A stretch of 64,000 nucleotides of DNA from Raja brachyura (Eukaryota). Both the position numbers and the translations under genes were made by a program. The stretch covers positions 19,716,001 through 19,780,000 of the forward strand of contig OY740806.1 of assembly GCA_963514005.1 (NCBI GenBank), read 5' to 3'. Shown here one piece after another: positions 25,590 to 39,304 of the stretch; position 1 is the stretch's first letter; each line of letters opens with the position of its first letter. The notes below the pieces were generated by a model. It was not told the DNA's origin. It saw nothing but the letters and a program-made list of their open reading frames with translations, and did no database searches.

Positions 25590-26060
25590 CATAGAAAATA
25601 GGTGCAGGAGTAGGCCATTCGGCCCTTCGAGCCTGCACCGCCATTCAATATGATCATGGCTGATCATTCAACTCAGTATCCTGTACCTGCCTTCTCTCCA
25701 TACCCCTGATCCCTTTAGCCACAAGGGCCACATCTAGCTCCCTCTTAAATATAGCCAATGAACTGGCCTCAACTACCTTCTGTGGCAGAGAATTCCACAG
25801 ACTCACCACTCTCTGTGTGAAAAAAGATCTTCTCATCTCGGTCCTAAAAGACTTCACCATTATCCTTAAACTGTGACCCCTTGGTCTGGAGTTCCCCAAC
25901 ATCGGGAACATTCTTCCTGCATCTAGCCTGTCCAACCCCTTAAGAATGTTGTAAGTCTCTATAAGATCGCCCCTCAATCTCCTAAATTCCAGCGAGTACA
26001 AGCCAAGTCTTTCCAGTCTTTCTTCATATGGAAGTCCTGCCATCCCAGGAATCAGTCTGG
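25590..26060 (-). mobile_element. CR1 LINE 3' fragment
   Basis: YEERLERLGLYSLEFRRLRGDLIETY.. Confidence 0.92.
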
Positions 26061-26503
26061 TAGAGGTCTAAAAGAGGTCTCATTTTGGTACCAGAGAGAT
26101 AAGGGGGAGAGGGGCATACAGAAATAAGGAAGTGTAACGTGTGAAAACGAGACAGAGGATAACAGTTCAACGAATGTAGAAAATGTAGAAATGAGACATT
26201 TGATATCACTTCTGTCTCGTTTTACACTTCCTTATCTATATATCTCCTTCTCCTCTCATTCATTCTGAAGAAGGGCCTCGACCTGAAACATCACCCATTT
26301 CTTCTATTCAGAGATGCTGCCTGTCCCGCTGAGTTACTCCAGTATTTTGTGTCTATCTACAGTTTAAACCAGCATCTGCAGTTCCTTCCTACACATTGTT
26401 CCCACATTGTTGATTGTTGAATTTCAGCCACTGTTTTACAGAACGGGAAGGATGCATTTTTTCATTGTTTAACCATTCCCTTTCTTTTCAGATTTCCACA
26501 GAA

Positions 26504-26570
26504 ATGGGTGGATTACCAAGCATCATCCATGTTATCTTATTAACATTCATACTGGAAGCAAATTCTGAGA
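26504..26570 (+). CDS. Ig gene A, first coding exon: signal peptide MGGLPSIIHVILLTFILEANSE
   Basis: Acceptor tttcttttcag before 26492 and ATG at 26504 (gaaATGg). Hydrophobic leader, then a GTAAGT donor at 26571 in phase 1, typical of IgSF leader exons. Confidence 0.85.
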
Positions 26571-28977
26571 GTAAGTACTGGATTGATGCAACTGATGAAA
26601 CAAAGTGGGCAGATAAATATAGTTATGAGGCTGTGGGTACAAGATACCACAGATGCTGATTTACCAAGGAAAGGCACACAATGCTGGATTTACTCAGCAG
26701 GTCGGGCAATGGCCATGGAGAACATGGATAAGTGCCCTTCTGGGTTGAGACCCTTTTTCCGACTCATTGCCTATCCATGTTCTCCAGGGAAGCTGCCTGA
26801 TATGCTGAGTTATTCGAGCAGTTTGTGTCTTTCCTCAGTTATGAGGCTGGCTGCTTATATACTCAACATATCTTTGCTGTGTCAAAATTCTAGCTAAATC
26901 CTTATTTATAAAGAATTCATTAAATGAGGAAGCAACACAAACAATATCTAATGTTTCCCTAGCTGCACGGCAGCTTGGCTTGCCTATGGTCAGTTACCAT
27001 GGTTTGGAATTCCCCTCCTCATATCATCTACATTATCGCTTCAGTGCACGAGATGCTAGATTTCAGCTCCGAATCACTGAACCTGCACCATAACAACAGA
27101 TTAAATTTGCTCTTTGATGTTAGGAGCAAACTGCGTACTAAATTTTCCAGCTTTGGAGCAATTGCAGGATTTCAAATGAGTAGTGAAATTGTTTTAAGAT
27201 GCGTGGAAGGCCACAGTAGGGCAGCTGTAAACACAAAATCTTACCTGGATAATTTTAAATAAAATACCTGTTGCGATCCAAAGCTATTGTTGCAATGATG
27301 ACAAGAAGAGGAGTATTCCGATGAGATCGTTTCTCACAATTTCTATGCCCATAACATCATCTGCGTCAATGCAATTTAATATTTTCTTGTTGTGAATCTG
27401 TCCCTGTATATTTGGGTAGAATTATTTTTTTATATTATAATTATGATAAATAGTCCATTGGATAACAATGCAATTATAGTTGCAAATGGGTTATTTCAGT
27501 GCAAGATGTTAATGTAACGATATTTGATATTTTAGAAAATTAATATTTGTTATTGCTAAATGAAGGAGGTTATTGTGGTATAATTTAAAAAAATCTCTCA
27601 GGAGATATATCGGAAAACACAACACTTCTATTTTAGGTTTCAAAGGGAGGACTTTGCATTTGTTGGGTTCCTGGAATATGCTCAGTTTACAAACTATTTA
27701 AATGATGGGAACTTGGTTGCACTTACCAACATGCAATTACTTAATTTAATTTGCTATTTCTGGGAACAGAAGAACATATTGCAAAATAAATGTAAAAATA
27801 ATTGAGTAGACATTTGAAATGAAAGTCCAAGGAACAGAATTATTGGAGCAAAGTTCTTTGCAAATATGTTCCTGTTTGCACATTTTACATGTAAAAGAGA
27901 GGGCAGTTTTCTATCCCAATGTTGAAGTTAAATTATTTTAAACTTCATTGTTGTGTTTGGCATAAGTGAGAGAATGAATAACTTCCAGTTCTATTTTCTC
28001 ACTGTTCCATCCAAACTATTTTATACCATGTTCAATGCAGAGTGAAGTCCAACAAAGTGACGCAGGCTCAGCATTGGAAACCGTCAGAGATTTTTCCTGG
28101 AATAAATGTCAGCACAATTTGGCAATAACGTATTTGTAAGGAACTGTGCTCCAGTAATTCACTTCCATTGGCCCCCATTCAAAATTTTAAATGTGTTTAT
28201 ATTTCAGTATGTGGTTGACTTGAATCTAGTTCTAATCATTCTTTTAATTATAACTATTTCACAACAAAACCCAGCTCCTCTGTTGTCTGGCTGTTCTATC
28301 TCTCTCACCCTTTTTGCATGCTTCCTTGTGTCTTCTCTCACTTCTCACCTTCTATCATTCCCCCAAGCTCTCTTGTCATTCTCCTCCTCATCCCTCTCTC
28401 CCTCTCCCTCTATGCTTGCTCTCGCTGGCTAGCTTTCTCCCGGCCTACCCGGTGCTTTCATTTCTCAACCCTCTAGAAATTGCTGAGCATTTGATTAAAG
28501 TGATTGAAGTTCAGCGTGCGACCAGCCACAATTAACATACCTTAATCAATTCAATTACATGATTTGATGTCACAGGATTTGACCTCGTGTTGTTCTAAAT
28601 TGTATGATAAGTGTAAGCACACACTAAAACATTGCTGTACTGGAGATATAGTTTTGTCCAAGGTATAAAGCCATGATTGCTTTGCACAAGTATTGCTTGG
28701 ATTATTTCTCCTGTCTCATCTTAGTTGCACAAAGTGACCTTACAACCCAGTTTTTCTAAAGCATGTGAGAACTCAAATCCATCTTAGCTGAACACAGCTG
28801 CTCCATTTTCCTAATTGGTTGTACAAAACAGGAATTGGGTGCATACATTATGCAATCTGCCCAAAGCTCAATTTTTAACTTCCAGATTTGGGCTTATAAT
28901 AACTGACGGACATAAAATTCCAACTTTCATTCCTTATACATTAGTTGGTTAGATCAAGACATCAATGAAATATGTTT

Positions 28978-29102
28978 AAGAAGGAACTGCAGATGCTGGA
29001 AAATCGAAGGTAGACAAAAACCTGGAGAACCTCAGCGGCTGAGGCAACATCTATGGAGTGAAGGGAATAGGCAACGTTTCGGGTCGAAACCCTTCTTCAG
29101 AC
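28978..29102 (-). mobile_element. Penelope-derived short element with a hammerhead-like core. Other copies lie near 1357, 11865, 12258, 26265, 33797, 36447, 47388, 50588, 52440, 58551 and 63952
   Basis: Minus strand reads CTGAAGA-A-GGGT-TTCG-ACCC-GAAA-CGTT. The family co-occurs with Penelope ORF ends (LGSLQPNGMxIEF at about 5388-5445 and 61477-61525). Confidence 0.6.
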
Positions 29103-29165
29103 TAAGATGAAATATGGGTGTTTTCAAAATGCTGAATAATTTCTTTTTTTTTATTTTTTAAACAG

Positions 29166-29474
29166 GCATTAAGCATTTAAAAGTCACCCTGATATCCGGC
29201 AGACAGGGATCACTGAAGTGTCCCCATTCATTAAAGAACACAGATCAAAATTATATTTCGTACTGGAATAAAGAAGCTGAAACAATTTGCTATGTGAATT
29301 TCAACGGGAACGCTGATGTACAAGGGTGTACTGCATTGCAACTTCACGTAAAGGAAGGAGAAATTACCTTAACTATTACAGAAGTGAAACACTCAGATTT
29401 TGGGAACTACACTGGCTACTTGTACACAAAAGATGAACATTTTGAATGCAAAGTTAACTTGCTTGTAAGACATG
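29166..29474 (+). CDS. Ig gene A, V-type Ig domain exon (SIKHLKVTLISGRQGSLKCPH..YISYWNKE..ITLTITEVKHSDFGNYTGYLY..FECKVNLLVRH)
   Basis: Long poly-T tract plus AACAG acceptor and G|GTAGGT donor. The exon is 309 nt, open, phase 1-1. It has a B-strand Cys, C-strand Trp, LTI E-strand and DxGxY motif. Confidence 0.9.
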
Positions 29475-29744
29475 GTAGGTGTTTTAAAAATTGGTGTGGC
29501 TTTGAGGTACTTTCAAGTCAAATATTATGACAAAATCACTTCATAGCTTGGGATTTATTTATATGTGACAGTAAATCCATTGTATGTGTCATCTATGCAT
29601 TGGCTGGAGTATAGCTGGATTCCAGGACTGAAAAGTTTGTGCTGATGTTTCCTCAGAGTTGCAGACCAACTTGTTGCCGAGCCTCACTTGAGTAACATAG
29701 CATAAGCTAGAATGACTGTGATGTTTCTGCACTCTAAATACGTG

Positions 29745-30646
29745 ACCGGAAGTGGCGGCGCTGCCTGGCAGCTGCGGCTCGCCTGCAGTCCGTCTGTTTT
29801 TTCTTTTTGTTGTTGTTTTGCTTGTGTCTGTTTTAGTTTTGTTTAGTTTAGTTAGTTTATTAGATTGTGTAAGTGTGGGGGGGGGGGTGGGAGAAACATG
29901 GTTTAGTCTCTTCCTTCGGGGGGGATACGACCTTTTCTTGTTGTGTCCCCTGTCTCCGTCTGCGCTGAGGCCTAATGGTGGAGCTGACGGCCTCGGGCGG
30001 CGTTCGCGGCAGTGGCAGTTCTGGCAGCGACAGTGGCCCGACTGGCCCGACCTGGCAGCAGCAGCGGCCCGACTTGGAGCTGTGGCGGCACTCCGGCGAT
30101 CCGGTAGCGGCAGCGGCCCGACCTGCAGCTGTGGCCTGACTTTGGAGCTGTGGCGGTGTTCTGGCATTTCGGCGACGGTGGTGGCGTGGCTTCCGAGGCC
30201 CGGCCGCGGGCCCAGTGGACGACATCGTCGGGAGCTCGCAGGTCACAGGTTGGTGACCTGTTTTCTGGAGCTCCCGCAACAACAGCTGCGTCCGCTGGAC
30301 TGGAGGGCGGCAGCTTTGACCGCCCCGGGCCGCGGAGTTTGAATCGGACCGTTCGCGGAGCTGGATTCAGCCGCGGGACTGACTCACTTACCAACACCCA
30401 GCGGGGTCACAACATTGGAGGCCTGGATCGCCTCAGCGCAGAGGGTGAACAAGGAGGGAAGAGACAAAGACTAAGACTTTTGCCTTCCATCACAGTGAGG
30501 AGGTGTTTGGTGAGCTCACTTTGGTTGATGTTAAATTTGTGTTTATTGTGTGTTTTTGTTACTTTTAATATATGTATGACTGCAGGCACGAAATTTCGTT
30601 CAGACCGAAAGGTCTGAATGACAATAAAGGTAAATCTGAATCTGAA
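29745..30646 (+). mobile_element. CpG-rich non-autonomous retroelement ending in acaataaagg and (tctgaa)2, in intron of Ig gene A
   Basis: Same 3' module as 4432-5095. The short tandem tail is typical of LINE-mobilised elements. The overlapping ORFs are GC artefacts. Confidence 0.55.
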
Positions 30647-33600
30647 CATGGGAGCACAGAGGGTACCGTCTCTGCTTTGCAATATCGATCATGACCTATA
30701 ACGTGGAAGAGTACAGCACAAGAATAGGAGCCCGCAATGTCTGTGCGGAACATGATGCCACGGCCATCTCTTATCTACCTACACGTGATCTATATCCCAC
30801 CATTCACTGCATATCTACATGACTATCCAAAAGTCTATTAAATGCCACTAATGAACATCTGCCTCAACCGCCAATCCCCGCAGTGCACTCCAGGCACTCA
30901 CCACCCTCTGTGTAAAGACAAAGAACGTGCCCCACACATCTCCTTTAAACTTTGCCCCTCTTACCATAAAGATGCGTTCTCTAGTATTTGATTTTTCAAT
31001 CTTGGGGAAAAGATTTCTAGCTGTATTGTTATGCGCTATGTATAACTTCATAGCTATACCCTCTAGTGTTGGGCATTTCCACCTGGTGGGGTGGGGGGGG
31101 GGGGGAGGTTCTGACTGTCTTTCCGATCTTTGCCTCTCATAATTTTATATACTTCTGTTAGTTCTCCCCGCAACCTCCGGTGTTCCAGAGAAAACAATCC
31201 AAGTCTGTCCAGTCTTAGTCCCCTTTAGCTAATGCTGCGTAATCCAGGCATCATTCAGGTAAACCTTCAAAGCCCTCCACATCCTTCTTGTATTGGGGCA
31301 ACTAAAACTGCAGTCTATACTCCAAATGCGGCCTAACTAAAGTCATACAAAGCTTCATCACGACTTCCTGTCTGTTGTACTCAAGGGTATAACCTCTGGC
31401 ACGAACTCTGTGGCATTTCAATCTCTCACTGTATGGCCTTTCCCCAAGTGCTTCTGTTTTCTGGGCAGCTCAAAGATGTGCTGGAGAGTCAATTGGCCAC
31501 CATAAATTTCTGCTGGTGTCGGGGGAAGTAGTAGTAGCAGTGAGGAGGGAAAACGCATCTGAGAGAGAACAGACTGCAGGGAAACAAGTAGAGGAAATGG
31601 AACCAACAGGATTGCTAGCTGCTATTGACTTGATGGGCTGAAAGTCCTCTGTATTGTAAGGAAGTTTAGTTCAATTTCAGCTTACACATTCTTACACAAC
31701 TGTTTATAGATACAGCATGGCAACAGGCCCTTTAGCCCACCTAGTCTATGCTGACGATCGATCACTCGATCACGCTAGTTCATAAGTTCATCTGTTGTAG
31801 GAGCAGAATTAGGCCATTCGGCCCATCAAGCATACTCTGCCATTCAATCATGGATGATCTATCTTTCCCTCTCAATCCTATTTCCCTGCCTTCTCTCCAT
31901 AGCCCCTGACACCCGTACTAATCAAGAATCTGTCAATTTCCACCTTAAAAACCTCCATTGTTGGCCCCCACAGCCTTCTGTGGCAATAGATTCCATCGAT
32001 TCACCACACACTGACTAAAGAAATTCCTCCTCGTCTCCTTTCAAAAGTTATGTGAACTCTCCCACTAGTGGAAACATCCTCTCTACATCCACTCTATCCA
32101 CGCTTTTCACTATTTGGTAAGTTTCAATGAGGTTCCCATTCATTTAAACCCCAGCTTGTACAGGCACACTGCCATCAAACACTGATCACATGTTGACCCA
32201 ATCATTCCTGGGATCATTCTCGAAATCCACCTCTGGACGCTTTCCAGCACCAGCAGATCTTTCCACAGATATGGAGCCCATATATCTATGTTCTATGTTA
32301 TCCCACTAGTTCTATGCTATCCCACTTTCTCATCCACTCCCTACACACAAGGGGGAAACCCAACTGGACGACACCCACACGGTCACGGGGACAGTGTGTT
32401 AGCTCCACACTGACAGTACCCAAGCCAGGATTGAACCCAGGTCTCTGGTGCTATGAAGCGGCAGCTCGATCAGCTTCGCCCAGTTTAAAAATAAATCTGC
32501 AGCAGCCAAAGGAGTGAGTGATTACAGAGTTAAATATAATACATTGAACTTTGTTTACGGAAGGATGTTTCTCGTGAAACTCAAGTAGAAATCAGCTGAT
32601 ATTCATGTGAATCTGTGACTGTACAGTCACGGGGGGGGGGGGGGGGGAGGGGGAGGGGAGGTGATATTTATGGTTTACTTCCTTGATATTTGTGCCAGAC
32701 AGTCGTCTTAAGCAAATATGCAGAGCCCATCATCTGCTTTATATCTATAAATAAACATTTTTCTGAGGTAGCATTTCTATCTCAGCATAATTTAAATGGG
32801 CACCGGTCCAAAGTGGGCACTTTTCTTTGGTGTTCAGTGTATAATCCTCAAGTTATTTAAGACACCGACATCTCTGTGCAATTGTGTACTTTGTGTCTTG
32901 TGTTTAAGATTGATTTGCCAAAAGTGCAAACTTGCTGCCTGGATTAGAGCGTGCGAGAGAGGGTGGACAGACTTGAATTGATTTCCCTGGAGTGTTGGAG
33001 GTTGAGGGGGCACCTGATAGAAGTGTATACATTCATGAAAAGCCTTGCTCGGGTAGACAGCCAGAACATTTTTTTCAGTGGAAATTTCAAAGCCTGGAGA
33101 GCATAGTGTTGTGAGTGGGGCAAGAAATAAAAGGGAAGTGTGGGTCAAGTGTTTTTACACAGAGAGTGGTGAGTGTCGCTAATGCAGTGCCATGGCTGGT
33201 GCTGGAGGCAAATATAATTGTGGCGTTTAAGAGGCTGTTAGCTAGGGATACAGATATGCGGGGCATGAATCACATGGACGTAGAGGGGATTCATTTAACT
33301 TGGCATGGATACATAAAAACATTGAAACATAGAAAACAGGTGCTGGAGTAGGCCATTCGGCCCTTCGAGCTATCACTGCCATTCAATATGATCAAAGCTG
33401 ATCATCCAAAATCAGTACCCTGTTCATGCCTTTTCCCCTTATCTCTTGACTCCTTGAGTCCTAAGGGCTAAATCTAACTCTCTCTTGCAAAATGGACATT
33501 GTGGGCCAAAGGACAAGGTCCTGTGCTGGACTGTTCTATTTTTTTTTAAATTCTCATTTTACACTCTGCACTAGATCAGATGAAATGTACGGCGAAGCCT

Positions 33601-34441
33601 TATCACTAACTATTAAAATCAAGAGCTGATATTTCTACTCCAAGTGACAATTTCAAATGCTGTGGCCTATTGTCAAGATTTGGCCTGAATCACACTCATG
33701 AAGATCCACCTACAGTTCCAAATTGGAGGTGAATCTTCATAATATGTGAAAGTTTATATTCCTCCCCACCCACCAAATCCCATGACCACACATGCAGGAC
33801 GGAACTGCAGATGCTGGTTTACACCAAAGATAGACACAAAACGTTGGAGTGACTCAGCGGGTCAAGCAGCATGTCCGAGGAAAAGGAATAGGTGACATTT
33901 CGGGTTGAGACCCTTTTTCATACCCCTTTCATGGTGGTAATTGAGAGAGATGGTAATAAACAGGATATAACTCTAACCTCCAGAAAAAATACAGGAAGAA
34001 CTTTTTAGGATCATGATAAATAGAACATTTGCATTACTAATTTGCCACTTAGTCTTGTTTGACCCAAAACAAATCGTTTGGCCTACTTGCTTCCTGCTAT
34101 TCATATTTTTCAAACAAAAAGCAACTGAGAAATAATTATTCCAATAACTCATAACTTCTAATCATAGTTGGCATCCATTGTATTCATTCTTAATTAAAAC
34201 CATCCTAAGTTGCAAGAGTTCAGTCCAATGAGCAATTGATTTTAGTTTGACTAGCTTTTGTAGATTTTGTTAAGTTAAATTGAGGAAGTTCTTGGAAACT
34301 GAAATCTATCTCTGCCTTCCTGTTTCTTTTAAATTTAAATTCCTATAATACAGTTTCAGTTTGTGAAAAAGCAATCTTGAAAACCGTTCATTTAGTCAGC
34401 CATAAAAAGCATGGTTTATATTTCACATTTTATTTTAACAG

Positions 34442-34456
34442 CTGGAAATCAATGTG
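34442..34456 (+). CDS. Ig gene A, candidate 15-nt micro-exon (AGNQC)
   Basis: tttcacattttattttaacag|CTGGAAATCAATGTG|gtaaag. Phase 1-1 and frame-preserving. Confidence 0.5.
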
Positions 34457-36699
34457 GTAAAGGAAGGGGGCTTATTGCGTAAACTTTCCAGTGCTGAGAG
34501 GAGTCATCAGCACTGCTGACTGGATCAAGTAAAGCACATGACTCCCACTACCACAGTCAGCAAAATTTACATAATTGACTGAGATTGCATTTCTGATGTA
34601 AAAAATTACTGGAGGCAGAAGAGATACCCTCTCGCCCCGCACATCTTTAAACTTTGTCCCACTCACTTTTAAACAATGCCCACTGTCTTTAATGTTTCCA
34701 CTCTGGGGAAAACGGTCCCAAATGTCTACCCTTTCTGTGCCTCCCGTAATTTAATAAACTTGTATCAGGTCTCCTGTCAACATTTGATGCACTAGAACCA
34801 GGGAGTAATGTTGTGATTCTTCTGCAGATTTAGTTTAGATGCATGTTAATGATTTGGAGCAAAGCATAAAAACCTCTGCTGCCCAGAAAGATTTCTCCAC
34901 TCCTACCCAGTGAAGAGAGGGAGTAGGAATGGTTATAGCTGGACTGCTCTGATTGGAGCTTGTAGACACTTGATGGGCCCAATAGCCGCCTCCTGTGTTG
35001 TGTCCATCATCATAACCTCGTCTTAGCTTTGGCCCAAACATGGAAGAAAGAGTTGAATTTTCAAAATGAGACTTGAGTGACTGTCCTTGACATCAGGGTA
35101 GCGTTTTTGCTGAGTGTGACATTGGTTGAAACAATACAACTAATATCCATGAGTTTAAAAGGGAAGATACTTCCGGGGTTGGAGTTGTACCTCTCACTCA
35201 ACCCAAACCCCTGATCTTACTCCATTGGATCCTCAAAAAGATGCCCTGAGCCCAACCATCTTCAGCATCTTCATCAACGACCTTCCTTCCATCAGTAGGT
35301 TGGGAGTGGGAATATTTGCTCATGATTGCACAATGTTCAAGTTCAATTACAATTGTTGCCCCTCAGAAAATTAAGCAATCAACGACCATCAGAGCTAAAC
35401 AATACTAAAGCAGTTGTGTATTAAGTAGCAAATAACAGTTGTGCCACTAGAGGGAACATGCCCAACGTGGTAGTGAAAAACTATCAGCAGATGCAGCAAA
35501 ATGACCATCACTGATCCTACATATTGTAGACAGTCTGAACCTTTTCCCCAGGATAGAAAAGTTCAACAGTAGAGGTCACAGCTATAAGGTGAGAGGGGAA
35601 AGTTTAATGGAGATGTTGGGAGCAACACAGGAGGTGTTTGGGGCCTGGAACTCATTGCCAGGGGTGGTGATGGAGGCAGATACAATAGTGGCATTTAAGA
35701 GGCTTTTAGACAGGCACATGGAAGCGCAGGGAATAGAGGGACATCGATCCTGTGCAGGCAGATGTGATCAGTGTAACTAGGCATAATTTTCAGTGCAGAT
35801 ATTGTGGGCCGAAGGGCCTGTTCCTGTTCTGTGTTCTATCTTCTATGGCCTATTGTCAAGCAATGGACCAATTACATAAATCCCATGGCTACAAGACTAG
35901 GTCAGAGGCTGGCTTTTGGATTGTGAGTGACTCTCCTACCAGCTGCTGGGCTCCCAACTCCCTCCTGGGAAGCCTGTCAACACTGCTGGTGCACAGGATG
36001 TGGGGTGGGGTTTGGAGGAAGAGGTGGGCAGAAAATGTGGAGGGATGGGGTGAAACAGGGATTGTAAAATTGGGGTGTAACGGATGGAAGTTGGGTGGAA
36101 CGAAATCGGGTGGAAGAATGGGTTCAGCTATTTTTGTTCAGCTAACTAGATGACACATGTTCCCTTAAGCCAAAATTGTGTGTCAACAAAAATCCCTAAG
36201 TAGGGACACCTTTGCTTTAAGATACATGAATCATTTTAATTTAAAATACAACACATGGGAGAAATTCATTTGAAACTACATATTGAATTTCTGGGCTATA
36301 TTGTCTACTTCCTCAGCCAGTAAATCACACTGCAGACAACTTTCACAACGCTGATTTGAACAATTACAATGAGCTCCACTCATGAAAGCATTCAATGGTA
36401 AATATTGTTCCATGTGTGTCCAATGGATGCAAGAGAAGATTAAACGTGTAGGAAGGAACTCAGATGCTGGTTTACACTGAATATAGACACAAAATGCTGG
36501 AGCTTCGTTGTCACCTTCCCCTAGCTAACAATGATCTATTCTCCATTTTCCTTGATATTTATCCCCTTTGATCTCTCATTTTCATTCCTTCCCCTTCCAT
36601 ATCACTCATTTCCCTTTCCCCTGACTCTCAGCCTGAAGTAGAGTCTCGACCCGAAATGCTGGCCATTCCTTCTATCCGGAGATGCTGCATCTGCCACAT

Positions 36700-38880
36700 T
36701 TATTCCGGAAGCCCCTTTTACTTACATTCTCACCAATCATAACCAGCGTGCAGATAAGGCCAATTAGTGCGCCTGACCTTGGAGTTGTTATTGAGTTCTT
36801 GTGGCTCGACCTTTTCGTGAGGCTGCTGGAGAGTTGCCAGCGGTGACAGGTTGTCTGGAAAACCAACGTAGGCATGAAGGCACCACAGCTCCCTCCTCAG
36901 CCTCGGAGTCATACAAGCCTGGCTTTGTCTGGCAGGTTGATTCTACGGCCTGATCTTGTTTTGTACTGCAGTGTGGGAGGTCATTGACAGGAAGTGTTGG
37001 GGCCTTGTGACTTTGCCTGTTCGGTGGGTGAGGTAGTCAGTTGGTTCTCGACGTAGGCTGGCTTTAACTGGTTGATGGATACGGTGTCAGTTTTTCCATT
37101 CCGATAGATCACGAAACCTTTGGGTAGGCGTTGGATGACTTGGTAAGGGCCATTGTGTGCTTGCTGAAGAGGTCGGTGGACGGCATTGTGTCGGACCAAA
37201 ACATGTGCACAAAACATGTGTTGGAGGTCAGCAGGCAGGTAGACCATTGCAGGTGTTCACCGTGTCAGTGTTGGCCTGAGTAGCTGCATAGTTCATTGTA
37301 ATCGATCGACATTCCTGCTTGGATCATAGGATCTGTCCAAGCAGAACCAGAGGCAACTGTTCACTCCAGGCCGTTCGCTTGTTGATGATACGCAATCATT
37401 CGGATCTGGTTCGTACCCAAGAGGTTGGTTAGTGTTTGAAACAGAACGGACTCGAATTGCGGTCCACGGTCTGTTGCGATCATACTTGGGACCCAAAGAC
37501 CGAAATCCATCGGTCAACAAAAGCACGGGCTATTGTTTCCGCAGAAATGTTGATAACTGGGAAAGCATCTTGCCATCTTGTGAACACAAGTGAGCAGATA
37601 TGTGTAGTTTCTTGATGGTGGGAGTGGGCTGACCAAGTCCAGGTGCACATGCTCAAAACTCATCATCAGGGGTCCTAGTGTGCCTGGAGATCATGGATTG
37701 TTGACACGGTAGACATGTCTTCACCCATAATCCAATGTCATGCTTGATGAAAGGCCAGATGAAACTTTCAGAGATTCATTTTATCGTAGCCTTCTTGCCC
37801 GGATGTGGTAAGTTGTGCAGCGTGCTGAAAACTTCTTGACACATCGTCCTAGGCACAAACGGCCTTGGTTTGCCAGTGGAAGTGTCACAGATGATGGTTT
37901 CTCTTGTGTTACCGATCGGTACATCTTCCAATTTTAGGGCTGTATGTGTCCGATGGTAATGGATGAGATCGGGATTAGTATGTTGCACGCGTGCCATGGC
38001 ATAAAAATCAATAAGTGTGGCCGCATTCAGAGCCTCGACCTCCAGTCTTGATGGGGCATCGGCAACCGATGTCACTGGAGAATTGCAGAACGATGTCCAA
38101 GTGGCGGATTTCCCCTGGTGAATCGTTCCCCACACTTGTACAAGTAGTGTCTGTGAACGGTTGGTGATCCGTATAAATGGTGAATTGACGGCCTTCCAAC
38201 AGATGGCGGAAATGCTTGCCGGCGAGGTACATAGCTGAAAGTTCTCGCCCGAGCGTCCAGTACCTCATCTGAGTGGGTGATAATTTTGCCGAAAAGAATG
38301 CCAGAGGCTCCCACCTGCAACTGACTCGTTGCTCCACGACGGCACCCACGACGTTGATGGTGGCATCAGTGGTGAGTGAAAATACGGCACTGGGCTTCTG
38401 ATGGACCAGTAGTTGTGTCGGCGAGAGTCCTCTTAACGGCTTTGATGGCTTGCACAGCATCCTCAAGTAAACCAACGGTTTCTTTGAAGACTATTTGTCT
38501 GAACCTTTGAGTCAGTTGGTAGAAAGCGGCGGTAGAAATACATCATCCCCAAAAATTGCCATAATTGATTTAACAAATTTGGCACTGGGTGGTTTCTGAT
38601 TTCCTGCACCTTTCATTCGCCGGGCAGGATTCCATTCTCAGTCACGCGATGCCCGAGGAAAGTGAGTTCACGAGCGGCAAACACGCATTTGTTCGTGTTA
38701 ATGGCAGTAACATATTCGTCAAGACGCCGGGACAATATTCCGAGGTGTTTCTTGTGTTCGCCTTCGCTGGAGGTCACTACCAACATGTCATCGATGTATG
38801 CATAGACTAAACCGAGGCCGGAGAGTACATGGTCCATGAAACGCTGGAACGATTGTGCTGCGTTCCGTAACCCAAATGCT
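36700..38880 (-). mobile_element. Degenerate Ty3/Gypsy pol remnant (RT, RNase H, integrase) in intron of Ig gene A
   Basis: YAYIDDMLV, LTTDA..VGAV, PLAFFSAKLS, FRHLLEGRQFTIYTDHQP, LHNLPHPG and GPYQVI, in Gypsy order with frameshifts. Confidence 0.88.
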
Positions 38881-39259
38881 GAGTTACTCTAGCATTTTGT
38901 GTCCATTTTAAGACTGATTTCTCCACCACCTACATGTATTTCCAGCTATCTGCACAATCTATTTTCAGCTGAATCAATTAAAAAAATATATAATTATTCT
39001 GCTATGAAAGGATATTTTGAAAAGCAAAAACACTGCTGATTGCACTGGGTTGTAACAGATTTAATGTCTTCAAAAAGCTCCAGGCAATTGAATAGTACAA
39101 TGTTTGCTCAGCTAGGGCTGTGATGGACTTTTCTGCCAACATAAATAATGCATTTCATACTTCAGTGTTCCTTTTATGAAATCTGAACTGGTGTTTTGGA
39201 AATTCAAGTGATGTATTTCAAGTGATCTTGTCTGATTGATGTCTTCCATTTTATTACAG

Positions 39260-39304
39260 ATAGCAGAATGTTACCTGGTTCTCATGGCATTTGTACAACA
39301 GCAG
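39260..39304 (+). CDS. Ig gene A, stalk/GPI omega-site exon (DSRMLPGSHGICTTA)
   Basis: ccattttattacag acceptor and CAG|GTATGA donor. 45 nt, phase 1-1, open. Confidence 0.75.

Noticed and set aside
29589-30617. Several overlapping ORFs of 140-196 aa and a CpG-island-like patch
   Set aside because: This is the GC-rich interior of a repeat that recurs at 4432-5095. It is neither a gene nor evidently a promoter.
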